The notes beneath the pieces are model-generated. The model saw only the letters and a list, made by a program, of their open reading frames with translations. It was not told the origin of the DNA and did no database searches. The position numbers and the translations under genes are program-made. From contig JAKSBY010000558.1 of assembly GCA_022360855.1 (NCBI GenBank), positions 1,817 to 65,816 of the forward strand: a stretch of 64,000 nt of DNA, written 5' to 3'. This DNA is from Sphingomonadales bacterium (GTDB taxonomy: Bacteria; Pseudomonadota; Alphaproteobacteria; Sphingomonadales; JAKSBY01). Of this stretch, positions 25,259-35,214 are shown in pieces (within the stretch, counting starts at the first letter, position 1; each line of letters opens with the position of its first letter).

Positions 25259-25903
25259 TCAGTTTTTCACTTCGTCCCGACGGACGAGAAGCAACGCGCC
25301 GATACCGAAATGCACGATTGCGTCGTCGATCGGCACCCATTCGACATTGTGTTTAGATGAATCGACGAAGTGGACTTCATGTGTGAGTTTCCGCCCTATG
25401 TCTCCGATGGGCTCCCAAAAGCGGCGCACGCCATCGATCAGAGCGAAATGATTGTTTGGGAGTTTCTTGCCGTCAGCCGACAGGCCGCCCGTTGCCGAGA
25501 ACGGTATCCGCATTTCGACCAATGCCAGGTATCCCGCCCGGAGCCACGCGTCCAATCGGTAAAAGTAATCTTCCCAATTGAACATATTGCCAAAGCAGTA
25601 GCTGAAGTTCTCTAGGTCTGGAAGCGGCAGCGGAAGATCTATGCGCCAATCGATCGGCAGCTCCCATTCGAACCGTGCGGTGTCGAGCGCTTCCTGCATA
25701 CCAGGCCAAGTGTTGTTAGTGGCGACGCCGCCGCCGACCGTCTCAGCATCAAATATATGCCATACCTCTTCCGCCGAGCGGCCGTGCTCGGGCACGAGGA
25801 AATCAAGTGCGCTCTTCAGCGCGCAGGCAAAACAGTCCCCACCTGGATTGCGGGCGGGCGAAGGCTGACTCGTGCGCCTGACACCGGCCAGGAAAACGTC
25901 CAT
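25259..25903 (-). CDS. Papain-fold cysteine-peptidase-like protein (possible second cell-wall hydrolase)
   Basis: From the internal Met: MDVFLAGVRR…NPGGDCFACALKSAL… (candidate nucleophile Cys), and later …LPNNHFALIDGV… (candidate His). The upstream part of the track ORF is Arg/Pro-rich shadow sequence. Confidence 0.45.
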   Translation of the reverse strand: MDVFLAGVRRTSQPSPARNPGGDCFACALKSALDFLVPEHGRSAEEVWHIFDAETVGGGVATNNTWPGMQEALDTARFEWELPIDWRIDLPLPLPDLENFSYCFGNMFNWEDYFYRLDAWLRAGYLALVEMRIPFSATGGLSADGKKLPNNHFALIDGVRRFWEPIGDIGRKLTHEVHFVDSSKHNVEWVPIDDAIVHFGIGALLLVRRDEVKN

Positions 25904-26154
25904 CACCCGAAGACCCGGAAAAACGCCTGACGCATCCAGAAGACATCGCCCCCGTTGATCTGCAGGTCGAACGTCCACTCGCCATCGTCCTTCGCGCCGT
26001 GAAGGCACATCCGATGGGTGTTCGAGCCCGCGCCGTGCGGCTCGGGCTGCGACAACTGGCCGATACAGAACGAATGTTGACCCGCGACCGTCTTGAAAAT
26101 GCAGTCTTGGTACGGACACCAGGCTGGGCGCTTGTGCTTGAAGACATCGTCCAT
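25903..26154 (-). CDS. Hypothetical Cys-containing protein (83 aa)
   Basis: MDDVFKHKRPAWCPYQDCIFKTVAGQHSFCIGQ…CLHGAKDDGEWTF…. Linked to both neighbours by 1-nt stop/start overlaps (TGATG). Confidence 0.45.
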   Translation of the reverse strand: MDDVFKHKRPAWCPYQDCIFKTVAGQHSFCIGQLSQPEPHGAGSNTHRMCLHGAKDDGEWTFDLQINGGDVFWMRQAFFRVFG

Positions 26155-26618
26155 CAGACGCCGTGCCGATCGAGCGCGTCCAGGAAGTCCTGCGGCGTGG
26201 CCCGGCCCTTCGACGTGTTCCAATGACGCTTGTAGTAGTAGGCGAGGTCTTCCCGTGTACTCGGAAGCCTCTCGGGCTGCCTGTAGTATTGAAGCCTGGC
26301 GGTCGCCGTGGCGTATCTCGCGTTGTAGAGATTTTCCGGGTCGTGCTCTTCCAACCCGACCTCGCCATAGACCTCGAGAGACTGTCTCCACTCGCGCCGG
26401 TACGCCAACCAGTTGGTCCACAAATCGTCGAGCGTGTCCGGCTCCATCTGGTAGAGGCCCATGGCGGGGCCGCCATCTTGGTGGATGTACCGGAGACCTC
26501 CGGACTCGTGCAGCGCGGTTCCCAGCAGCAGCGTCGTCGCCGCCTCGGAACAGAGTTCGAGCTCCCGGAGGACGGGAACGATGATCTTGTCCCGGAAGAT
26601 AACGGCGGGGTCGGTCAC
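26154..26618 (-). CDS. SLT-type lytic transglycosylase (endolysin candidate)
   Basis: …LLGTALHESGGLRYIHQDGGPAMGLYQMEPDT…, that is, a catalytic E-S motif followed by a GLxQ motif. GTG start overlapping the upstream stop. Confidence 0.7.
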   Translation of the reverse strand: MTDPAVIFRDKIIVPVLRELELCSEAATTLLLGTALHESGGLRYIHQDGGPAMGLYQMEPDTLDDLWTNWLAYRREWRQSLEVYGEVGLEEHDPENLYNARYATATARLQYYRQPERLPSTREDLAYYYKRHWNTSKGRATPQDFLDALDRHGV

Positions 26619-26899
26619 TACATCTTCTCCACAATGATCGTTCCGATAAGGCCCAACAGCGCGATGATGACAGCGCCGGCCGTGCTGAGCAGTATCTTGT
26701 AGAAACCGCCGATCCCACGATCGACGCGATCGTGAAGCTTCGAGAAGGACTCCTTGGTCTCGGTCCGCTGCGTCTCGACCGCGGACTTCACATCCTTCAG
26801 CCGCGTGTCGATGGCCTGGTATCGTTCGCCGCAGTTGGCCTTGTGTTGCTCGATCTCCGCGAGCGCCTGTTGCGCCATGGTCCTTGCCTCGTCGGTCAT
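26618..26899 (-). CDS. Tail-anchored coiled-coil membrane protein (holin candidate)
   Basis: MTDEARTMAQQALAEIEQHK…, with a single C-terminal TM FYKILLSTAGAVIIALLGLIGTIIV. Immediately upstream of the endolysin. Confidence 0.45.
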   Translation of the reverse strand: MTDEARTMAQQALAEIEQHKANCGERYQAIDTRLKDVKSAVETQRTETKESFSKLHDRVDRGIGGFYKILLSTAGAVIIALLGLIGTIIVEKM

Positions 26900-26910
26900 A
26901 CGTTCCCCAT

Positions 26911-27696
26911 TCAGATCTGTGCGGTGAGTTCCAGCCGCACGGAAAAATGCGCCGCCCGGTTGGCCAGCCTGGGAAGCCGCGTCGCCTTCAGGGAGCCGAA
27001 ATAGAGCTGGTTCTCCAGATAGGCCGCAGCGTTCGACGGCCGGCGGACGAGCAGCTGCGCGTCGGCACCGTGCTCCATGAGGAGGTCCTCGATCATGACC
27101 TCGCGCTCCTCCTCGGTGAGGAAGTCCACCGGCAACCGCATCACCGTGTGCCGCCCGCGGGCCTCGGGCACGATCGCGTGACCGTCCGTCACATGCAGGA
27201 TCGTATTGTCCTGAACGCCCCATTCCCTGGGGATCCCGGGATTTCGGCTCGGCCGCCAAGCCTTGGCGAGCACCAGGCGGCCGAAGCGGAAGAACCCATC
27301 GGGGTTCGCCGCGTCGGTCAGCGAGACCCGATACCACGTGTGGCTCACCGGCGCGGCGAGGTCGATCAGCCCCTTGCGGTACCCGGTCTTCGCCAGGCTC
27401 GGGCTCGCCCGCAGATTCGCGCTCGCGATCACGCCGGCGCCGGCGAGACCCCCCTGCGTCGCCGCGCCACGCAGATCGAACGTGCCGGCCGCGGTGCCGT
27501 TGTTGGCCACGACCCCCACCACGTCCACTTCGGTCACGGCCGCGAACTCCACGTCGATCGTCACGGCCGTGAGGTTGTTGGACTTCCAGATCACGCCGAT
27601 CTGATCATGGACGAGGTTGTCGTCGGGAAATCCCGTGGCGGCCTGCGAGGCAGCGACCGACACTACGGCGTGCGGCCGCGCGAACCAGAAGCTCAT
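26911..27696 (-). CDS. Tail-associated hypothetical protein (261 aa)
   Basis: Well-composed ORF in the tail operon, with a 4-nt overlap with the upstream gene. No motif recognised. Confidence 0.6.
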   Translation of the reverse strand: MSFWFARPHAVVSVAASQAATGFPDDNLVHDQIGVIWKSNNLTAVTIDVEFAAVTEVDVVGVVANNGTAAGTFDLRGAATQGGLAGAGVIASANLRASPSLAKTGYRKGLIDLAAPVSHTWYRVSLTDAANPDGFFRFGRLVLAKAWRPSRNPGIPREWGVQDNTILHVTDGHAIVPEARGRHTVMRLPVDFLTEEEREVMIEDLLMEHGADAQLLVRRPSNAAAYLENQLYFGSLKATRLPRLANRAAHFSVRLELTAQI

Positions 27697-28067
27697 GGGC
27701 TGGCGTCCTCGGGCCTGAACACCTCGACGGTGGCGAAGTCCGAGCCCTCACGCCCGGAGATCCCCGTCACGATCACGTCTTTCCCGGCCGCGAAATCGAA
27801 ATCCGGATGCACGATCGTGATCGTGTCGCCCTGCTTGAAGGTCACGTCCTCCCAGGGGATTTCCACCGCGTGGGTGTTCAATACGCCGGAGAACAGGTCG
27901 AGGACAGCCTGCGCTTCGGCCGTGGCCGGCGACTCGGCCTGGAACAGGCCGGGGATCTCCCGCTCGCCAGGCTCGGCCAGCCGCGTCTTCACCGACGCGT
28001 CCTCGGCCGGCGTGCCCCACCGCACCCCCTTGGTGACGAATTCGACGGTCGCTTGTGAGGCCGGCAT
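27693..28067 (-). CDS. Tail-associated hypothetical protein (124 aa)
   Basis: ORF in the tail operon with normal composition. Confidence 0.5.
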   Translation of the reverse strand: MPASQATVEFVTKGVRWGTPAEDASVKTRLAEPGEREIPGLFQAESPATAEAQAVLDLFSGVLNTHAVEIPWEDVTFKQGDTITIVHPDFDFAAGKDVIVTGISGREGSDFATVEVFRPEDASP

Positions 28068-28117
28068 GATCTAGGCTCTTCCCTGCGCGCCCTGCGGCGC
28101 GACCAAAAGCTGAACTT

Positions 28118-28525
28118 TCATCGAATATTTCCCCTGGCGTCGTCGATCGCCGCTTGCGACAGGCCGAGGAGTTCCCGCCAGCGCCACTCGTAAAGCCGAT
28201 CGTTTTCGTCGCCGTCTATGAACCATTCCGCCCGGCGGCGATACCACAGCGTATGACAGCCGTTGCAGGCGAACCGCATGTCCGCCAGGCTTGTCCGCCG
28301 GCTTTCGTCGGGCCGACCGTCCCGTCCCGGCGGCACGAGGTCCGGTAGCCCGCGAACATCCACCAGCGCCCATAGAGGGTCGCTCCGGCCGCAAGCGCAT
28401 TGAGCGCGGACACGGCCGGCGGTGTTGAGCCGCGCCGGCACGTAGAGCGCCGGATCGATATCGCCTTTGCGCAGCGACTGAATGCGGTCTTCCAGGCTGA
28501 AGGGCCGTTGTTCGCCTGGCGTCAT
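28118..28525 (-). CDS. Hypothetical protein with Cys pairs (135 aa)
   Basis: From MTPGEQRPFSLEDR…, with CACG…CNGCH. Its ATG overlaps the stop of the 918-aa tail protein. Confidence 0.5.
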   Translation of the reverse strand: MTPGEQRPFSLEDRIQSLRKGDIDPALYVPARLNTAGRVRAQCACGRSDPLWALVDVRGLPDLVPPGRDGRPDESRRTSLADMRFACNGCHTLWYRRRAEWFIDGDENDRLYEWRWRELLGLSQAAIDDARGNIR

Positions 28526-31281
28526 CACTCCCCCCCCTTCAGTTCCCAATTGATCGCCGTGACCGTCGAAGGGGTCGCGTCGACCGTGCTCGGCGCCGTG
28601 GCCTTGTCGTATTTCACGCTGTCGAAGGCGGTGATCGAGCCGCCGGGGAACGCGCTCTCCACATCGATCCCGAACTCGTTGCCGCCATGGGTGGTCAGGC
28701 CCGACACGGTGACCGTCTTGGTCTCGTTCAGCCGCGCCGTGGTCGCACCGCCTGTGCCGCCAGAGACCCCCTTTGTGCCGCGCTGCACCCAGCCGGAGCC
28801 GCCATTGGTCCATATCGAGACCACGACCGAGCCCGGCAGCCAGCCAAACGGCGGGTTTTCGGCTTCGAGTTCATTCGTTACCGAAACGTCGAATTGGAAA
28901 GTATAGTTGTCGTCGACCGCCTGGTTCGCGTCGGACTTGTTCATCTGCCAATCGGGGCCGGTGCCGTGGCCCGACGTGCCCCCGGTCTCGGTCACGCTCG
29001 TCGGCGTGCCGGTCTTCTCGCTCAACCGCAGGCTGGCGGTAAAGCCCGACGGCGAGATGTCCAAAGCCTGAAAGTTGTGCCAGAGGTCGCCGGAAAGGCT
29101 GGCACTGGTCAGCAGCCCGCCGGGATTGAACTTCACGACCGGCAGATCCTCATTCGGCCAGGCCGGCGAGAAGGTGATCGCGTCGCCGTCCCGCGCCATG
29201 CCGCTCAACAGGCCCCGCGTCAGTTGCCGCGAATTCCCGTCGCCCGGATCGATGACCACGCCGATTTTCAGCGTTCTCTCGTCTGTCTTGATAGCGCCGA
29301 GGGCGCGGTCCGCCCCATCGTGGATCGTCGCGGCCGCGACCCCGTCGACAAGTGTGGTGTCCGCCGAGGTGTTGTCCGCGGTCACGTCCGCCCGGCCCGA
29401 ACCGGTCGGCCCGCCCCAACCCGCGTTGCCCGAAAGCGTCGCGTCCAAACCGCTCGGCCCGCTGTCGGCCGCGGTCAGGCCCGTCCCCTCGTCGAACCGA
29501 TAGAGGGCGAGCAGGCCGGTCTCGCCGCCGGTAAGGTCTTCGTGGCGGAGCGCCACGAACTGCGCGGCCGTCCGCTCGGTCGACCAGAATCGGACGTCCT
29601 GCACCGCGCCGTCCAAGGGCAGCAAGCCGGCGGGTGAAATACCGATTCTCACCGGCTCCGCGTTGTTGAAGTTCCCCTGGTCGGTCAGCCCCGCCGACCC
29701 GAGCACCTCGTCGACGTAGAACTTCCACACCCCGCCGGCGCTGCAACTCACCGCGATCTTGTGCCACCGGCCCAGTACTATAAGCGATTCCGAGTGCAGA
29801 ATCTGATTGAACGTCGTGCCGTTGCCGAGGCGCAGGGCGAATTTGCGATCGGCTTCGCGGGCAAGTATTTCCCAGCCGGTGTCCGGCGACGCGCCTACGT
29901 CCATCTTCGATATGACGGAGGCCGTCGAGTCGGCGACCAGGGAATTGATCTTGACCTCGAATTCTAGGCTCCAGGCTTCGCCCACCGTTCGGTCGAAGAT
30001 TGAATTATTGACAATCTCGACGGACTGCGGCGTCGAGCCCGGAAAACTCACCGACGTCCGCGCCGAACGGCGGATATCGTGTTCATCCGGACCGTCCACG
30101 ATCGCCAGCTCGTCGCGGCTCTGTTGCCGCCAGGCGACCCCGTAGGCGCATTTGACCCGCCACAGCGGCACACCCGTGTTGACCCGGCGCAGATCCTTCA
30201 TGCGGTCCTGCGTGATCGTCTCGACCGACGTCCCGAGGCCGAAGCGGACGATCCGCAACTTGCCGGCCCGGGTCACGGTCAGGTAGCCGCGCACCGGCCG
30301 CAGGAGCTGCGCGACCGCGTTCGCCACCGTGATCGGCGTCGAGGCGTAGAAATCGATCGCCGCGCCCTGCGCCGCGTTGAAGGCCGTGAAACTCGGAAGG
30401 TCGAGGTCGCTGTCGGTCAAGGTGGTCCGGTCGGTGATCATGCGGCGGATCACGTCCGCTGTCGTCTCCACGAATCCCGACCCCGAGTCGTCTCCCTCCA
30501 CATCCCAGGTCACGGTCCCCGCCGGCGTCGCGCCGAGCGCCACATAACTGCCCGTGGCGGTGAGCGCGCGGGCGAACTGGCCGGGGGGGATCGAGGCGGC
30601 GTTCGCCAGCGCCTTCAGGGCCGCGAAGCTCGCTTCGTCCTGCCCCGAATAGGTGATGTCCACCCCCTTGTCGCGGCCAACGAGCACGTTCTGGATCCGG
30701 CCGGAGGCCAACTGGATGATCAGGAGCGCGCGATCGACCCACTTGCCCTCTATGTTGCGCGGCCGGCCCCAGGGGTCGGGCTTGACCTCGCCCTTGAGGT
30801 CGGTCCCGCCCTCGGCCTCGCCGGTGCCCGCATAGGTGGCGGTCTGCAGGGGCACGTCCAGAGCCTCGGTCAAATCGCCGAGCGCCAGGATGAGCTCGGC
30901 CCGCGTGGCCGTGAAGTCCCGCACCCGGGCGGTCTGTACGAGCTGGAAATCCCCATAGGCCAGATTGCCCTGACGGTCCGCGACCCCGCGCCTGACCGTG
31001 ACCGTGTGGCCGATCCACTCGTAGGAGGCCAGCGGCATCTGCCGCCTGTCCCCCAGGAGGATCGTCACCGTTCCCAGCTGAGGCAGCGCGCTGGGCAGCA
31101 CCTCCAGGGTCGCGGGGTTGAAGATCCTCACCGAGCGGTTCAACCCGCCTTTGAGATAGGGCTCGTAGTTCTCCCCGTTGAAATCCACATGATGCGGATG
31201 CGAACTCAGGCGGACATTGACGTTCTGGCTCGATCCCGGGTCCCAGGCGGTCCCCTCCAGCAGGAAAACTCTTGCGCTCAT
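28525..31281 (-). CDS. Large distal tail / host-specificity protein with internal LamG (concanavalin-like) domain
   Basis: 918 aa, directly after the tape measure. The internal segment …WSLEFEVKINS…LGRWHKIAVSCSAGGVWKFYVDEVL…VRIGISP…GAVQDVRFWSTERTAAQ… has the Laminin_G_3 pattern. Confidence 0.8.
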   Translation of the reverse strand: MSARVFLLEGTAWDPGSSQNVNVRLSSHPHHVDFNGENYEPYLKGGLNRSVRIFNPATLEVLPSALPQLGTVTILLGDRRQMPLASYEWIGHTVTVRRGVADRQGNLAYGDFQLVQTARVRDFTATRAELILALGDLTEALDVPLQTATYAGTGEAEGGTDLKGEVKPDPWGRPRNIEGKWVDRALLIIQLASGRIQNVLVGRDKGVDITYSGQDEASFAALKALANAASIPPGQFARALTATGSYVALGATPAGTVTWDVEGDDSGSGFVETTADVIRRMITDRTTLTDSDLDLPSFTAFNAAQGAAIDFYASTPITVANAVAQLLRPVRGYLTVTRAGKLRIVRFGLGTSVETITQDRMKDLRRVNTGVPLWRVKCAYGVAWRQQSRDELAIVDGPDEHDIRRSARTSVSFPGSTPQSVEIVNNSIFDRTVGEAWSLEFEVKINSLVADSTASVISKMDVGASPDTGWEILAREADRKFALRLGNGTTFNQILHSESLIVLGRWHKIAVSCSAGGVWKFYVDEVLGSAGLTDQGNFNNAEPVRIGISPAGLLPLDGAVQDVRFWSTERTAAQFVALRHEDLTGGETGLLALYRFDEGTGLTAADSGPSGLDATLSGNAGWGGPTGSGRADVTADNTSADTTLVDGVAAATIHDGADRALGAIKTDERTLKIGVVIDPGDGNSRQLTRGLLSGMARDGDAITFSPAWPNEDLPVVKFNPGGLLTSASLSGDLWHNFQALDISPSGFTASLRLSEKTGTPTSVTETGGTSGHGTGPDWQMNKSDANQAVDDNYTFQFDVSVTNELEAENPPFGWLPGSVVVSIWTNGGSGWVQRGTKGVSGGTGGATTARLNETKTVTVSGLTTHGGNEFGIDVESAFPGGSITAFDSVKYDKATAPSTVDATPSTVTAINWELKGGE

Positions 31282-31284
31282 CGC

Positions 31285-34200
31285 CTAGAGGATCGCGAAC
31301 TGATTGCGCGAGGTGAAGTTCACCGGCCCGCCGCCGCCGCGGAACGCCACCCCGAGATTGCGGATTTCCTCGCGGATCTGCGTCAGCATGTCGAGCTGGT
31401 CGGTCATGATCTCCGCCTGCATCTGCCCCACCTCCGCCATCACGTCGGCCACCGGCTCGGGCGCCGCCGGTGAGGCGCCGATTCCGAGCGCGCCGGGATC
31501 CAGGAAGGGCGAGAGCGCGGCCCGCGTCGCCTCCACCACATCGAAGAACGCCGTCGAGGACGCGTTCAGCTGCCGTTCGATATCCAGCCGGTCGCGCGCG
31601 GCCGCCGCCAGATCCTCCACCGCGTCGAGATCCCCGCCCTGCGCCCGGCCGAGTAGGTCCTGGAACCGCCCCTCGGCCGTGCGGCGCTGTTGCGCGAGCG
31701 AGAACGGCGAGGAGGGGCCGACGTCGAGATCGTCCAGAAGAGCCCGGATCCCGCCGAGCGAGCGCTCGGTGAATTGCTCGATCAGCTCCTCGCGCTGCAG
31801 TAGGTACAGCCGCTCGGCGTCCACGGTCGAGAGCCCGAACTCGTTGAGCTGGCCGATCCGATCGCGGTTCGCCCGCTCCAGCTCCTCGAAGGCGAAGGCG
31901 ATCGGATCCTCGATCTGCCTGATCGCGTCCTCGATCTCCCCTGGCAGGGTTTCGATGATCCTGACCTGCTCGATCGCCCGGTTGATGTCCGTGGCCGAGC
32001 GCAGGATCTGCCTGGACATTTCGCTCAGGCCCGTGACCACCCCACGCGACAGCGCCGACTGGACCGCCGCGGCGACCGCCTGCTCCGCGGTGTCGAAGCG
32101 CGTTGACCTGAAGTCGCCGAGATCCTTGTCGCGTCCGACCGACGTCTGGAACACGAAGTCCTTCTTCCGCGTGCCGATCTGACCGATCGTGAAGCCCGGC
32201 GCGAACTCGCCGCCGACCGCGTCGCGCACCTGCTCCAGCTGGCTGATCACCGCCCGGGAGAGCTGCTCGGCCACCTGCGCGTCGCCCTTGCCGCGCTCGA
32301 ACAGCCCGGAGGCCGCGAGGTTCCCTGTCGGGTCGACCCCGAGGGTCGCGCCGGCCCTGGGCGTTTTCCCGAAGAGCGAGCCGACCAGCGAGCCCACCGC
32401 CCCGAGAATCTGCGAGCCGCCGGGGATCGGCAGGAAGCTCCCGGCAATCGACCCGACCGTGCCGCCGATCGCAGCACCCGTCGAGCCCTTGCCGACGATC
32501 GACGAGGTCAACAGCCCGATCACCGCGCCCTGCGCCGCGTCGCCCAGCAGTCCCGCAAAATCGAACCCCTGCCCGGGCACCGCCGCGGAAGCCCCGGCGC
32601 CGAAGACCCGGTCGATGTCCGGGATCGGCTCGCCCGCCGCAGCCTTTGATCCGCCGCCAAAGCCGAGCTTGGAGGCCAACCCGCCAAACGCGCCACCCAG
32701 GTCGCTGAGTTCGCCGGTCGCCAAGACATCGAACAGCCCCGTGGCCTTTACGAATTGCAATGTCGCAAGCTCGGCGGCAAGGCGGAAGAAGATGCCCTTC
32801 ACCGCGTCGGCCACGTCCTCGAAGCCCCGGACCGTCCCGTCCAGCAGTCCCTCGATCGTATCCGCAAAGCGCGTCTGGATGTTCCGCAGCGCGTTCAGGA
32901 GAGGCTCTTCGAGCAATTCCTGACGCCGCTCGGCCAGCCGTTCCTGGCGCTTCTGCTCTTCCTCGGCCAGGCGCTCGGCCTCGCGGTTCACCTGCAGCTT
33001 GCGAACCGCGTTCTCGATCCGGTCCTTTTCGGTGTCGCCCAACTTCCGCTGGACCTGCAACTCCCGCTGCAGGAGCGCCAACGCGACCTCGCGGTTCTCC
33101 GCCGTAAGACCGGAGAATTCGGCTTCCTTCTCAAGCCTCAATATCGACTTCGCGAGCGCGGCCTCGCGGCGGTCCTGGGCCTTGGCTTGTCGGGCCGCGA
33201 TTTTATCCTGCCGTTCGAGTTCTTTTGTGAGGGCCTGGTGGCTCTTCTCCAATCCCCGATTTATGCGCGCGCGATCGGCGGCGAGCTCGGCCAGGCGTTG
33301 CTTGACAGCCGCGCCGTCACTTTCAGCGTCGATTTCGTCCTGAATGAGATCGCGCCGATGCGTAAGAAGCGCGATCTCCTTCGATAAATTGATTATGCGC
33401 TTGAGGTCTTGACTCTCCAAAAACTCGGTTGAGTCGAAGCTGCCCCCACCCAAACGCGAAAAATCAACGGTGAAGAGCGACGCCGAACCGCGGCGCCGGT
33501 CGATTACCTCGAAAAGATTCTCTCGGTTCTTCTTGAGGCGCTCAATTTGAGCGTCCAAGGCCTCGACATCGGCTTCCGGGGTCAGGGAAAACGTCAGCGA
33601 GTCAACGCTCTCGGTCAGAGAATCCAAAACTGACTTCGCGCCAGCCGCCAGGAGCGAGCTCTCGCTCAACTCCACACCGAAATCGTGGATGGCCTCCTTC
33701 AGCGAGTCGTATGAGCCGGCCAAGCCAGCGGCCTCCGCCTCGCCGGAGCCGCCGACCTGTTGCTGCAGCGTGTCGAGGATCACGCGTTGCGCGGCCGCCT
33801 CGTCGCCGGCCTCGACAAAGCTCTCAATCAACTCCCGCTGCGTAGCGCCGAACGAAACCCCGACGCGCCTGAGCGCCGTCAGCCCCCGGAGCGGGTCCTC
33901 CAGCGCCTTACCGAGCTGCACGGTGGATTGGCGAAGGTCTTGGCTGAAAACGGCGGAAAGGTCCTGAGCCAGTCCCAGCGTTTCCCGAAAAGCATCCTCC
34001 GATACCGACTTGAAGGTCGCGAGAGCGCCGGCCGCGGCGCGCACCTCGGTCGCGGAGGTGAGCGTGGCCCGCCCTAGCCGCTTCGCGAAGGCGTCGATGC
34101 CCGCTACCGTTTGGCCCGAGGCCTCGTCCGTCGCGCGCAGCACCGCCTCTACGCGGAACATCTGTTGTTCGTAGTCAGCTAGCACGCTGAGGCTTTTTGA

Positions 34201-34527
34201 TGCCCCCAGCGTTGAGGCCGCGAATCCGCCCGCCATCAGACCGCCGGCGACGCCCACATTGCGCATCAACACCCCAAGTCCGGTAATGCGGGCCGCCACG
34301 CCGGATAGCGGACCCAAGATTACCGTAGAGGCCTGCCCCACACCTCGCAGTGACCTGTCGACGCTCGACGCGGCGGCCGCCGTCCCGCTCAACGCAGGGC
34401 GAAGCCTGTTTGCTTTCTCCTCTACCTTATCGAAGGCTCGGTCAGCGGCGCGACTGATGTTTATGAAGTCCCGCTCAACCTGCTTTCCACCATCGCTCTT
34501 CAGGCGAACCGGGTAGTCGGCTGTCAT
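31285..34527 (-). CDS. Tail tape measure protein
   Basis: 1080 aa, Ala/Leu/Glu-rich with long helical regions and Gly-rich tracts. Positioned after the G/GT chaperone. Confidence 0.9.
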   Translation of the reverse strand: MTADYPVRLKSDGGKQVERDFINISRAADRAFDKVEEKANRLRPALSGTAAAASSVDRSLRGVGQASTVILGPLSGVAARITGLGVLMRNVGVAGGLMAGGFAASTLGASKSLSVLADYEQQMFRVEAVLRATDEASGQTVAGIDAFAKRLGRATLTSATEVRAAAGALATFKSVSEDAFRETLGLAQDLSAVFSQDLRQSTVQLGKALEDPLRGLTALRRVGVSFGATQRELIESFVEAGDEAAAQRVILDTLQQQVGGSGEAEAAGLAGSYDSLKEAIHDFGVELSESSLLAAGAKSVLDSLTESVDSLTFSLTPEADVEALDAQIERLKKNRENLFEVIDRRRGSASLFTVDFSRLGGGSFDSTEFLESQDLKRIINLSKEIALLTHRRDLIQDEIDAESDGAAVKQRLAELAADRARINRGLEKSHQALTKELERQDKIAARQAKAQDRREAALAKSILRLEKEAEFSGLTAENREVALALLQRELQVQRKLGDTEKDRIENAVRKLQVNREAERLAEEEQKRQERLAERRQELLEEPLLNALRNIQTRFADTIEGLLDGTVRGFEDVADAVKGIFFRLAAELATLQFVKATGLFDVLATGELSDLGGAFGGLASKLGFGGGSKAAAGEPIPDIDRVFGAGASAAVPGQGFDFAGLLGDAAQGAVIGLLTSSIVGKGSTGAAIGGTVGSIAGSFLPIPGGSQILGAVGSLVGSLFGKTPRAGATLGVDPTGNLAASGLFERGKGDAQVAEQLSRAVISQLEQVRDAVGGEFAPGFTIGQIGTRKKDFVFQTSVGRDKDLGDFRSTRFDTAEQAVAAAVQSALSRGVVTGLSEMSRQILRSATDINRAIEQVRIIETLPGEIEDAIRQIEDPIAFAFEELERANRDRIGQLNEFGLSTVDAERLYLLQREELIEQFTERSLGGIRALLDDLDVGPSSPFSLAQQRRTAEGRFQDLLGRAQGGDLDAVEDLAAAARDRLDIERQLNASSTAFFDVVEATRAALSPFLDPGALGIGASPAAPEPVADVMAEVGQMQAEIMTDQLDMLTQIREEIRNLGVAFRGGGGPVNFTSRNQFAIL

Positions 34528-35214
34528 CTAGCGGGCCTTGGCGAGTAACACGACCGCATGCGCGTCAATCAGACGGGGAGCGATAATCTGTGCGGCGCGG
34601 GCTTGCCCGTCCATATCGAACCTCCGAGGTAGATTGGCGACCGGCACGAGGGTGAACATGACTACGCTGGAGACACGGCTGGCCACGCGGCCGCTCTTCA
34701 GCCTCGGTCGCCGCGTACCGAGCGTTCGGCCGGTTTTCGGCGAGATCCGTGCCTCGACAATGAGGAACAGTCTTCCGGCGCGCGTCTTGATCGGCTTTAG
34801 CGGTCCGAACCGGCCCACTGGGAAATTGCGGGGTGTCAGCCGCCTTCCGTCAACACCACGGCGTGGCGCCGCATCGGTCGGTATAGCCAAGAATCCCTGC
34901 CCGCCGGCGCGCACCCGCTTGGGTGTGATCCGCGCGCCACGGCCGTGCGCCACCAATGCTCCAACCGTCCTTGCCGCGCCCTTTGCGTAAACCAACGACG
35001 CGGCGTCCAAGCCCGGATCATCGAAGCTCTTCTTCCGCGGCGCCTTCGCCAATCGGCCCAAACCGGCCGACACCATACTGGCCTTCCACCCCTGCGCCAG
35101 CACGCCGCCCGCGTCGTCAAGCCCCAAAAAAATCGCCCGGCCGGCAATCTTCAGATGGCCGCGGGCGATGACCTGAACGCTGTTGGGCGTCTCCACCCTC
35201 AAGCCCCACGTCAT
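34528..35214 (-). CDS. Hypothetical phage protein between the GT chaperone and the tape measure
   Basis: From MTWGLRVETPNSVQVIARG…. ATGA overlap with the end of the T frame. Confidence 0.55.
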   Translation of the reverse strand: MTWGLRVETPNSVQVIARGHLKIAGRAIFLGLDDAGGVLAQGWKASMVSAGLGRLAKAPRKKSFDDPGLDAASLVYAKGAARTVGALVAHGRGARITPKRVRAGGQGFLAIPTDAAPRRGVDGRRLTPRNFPVGRFGPLKPIKTRAGRLFLIVEARISPKTGRTLGTRRPRLKSGRVASRVSSVVMFTLVPVANLPRRFDMDGQARAAQIIAPRLIDAHAVVLLAKAR

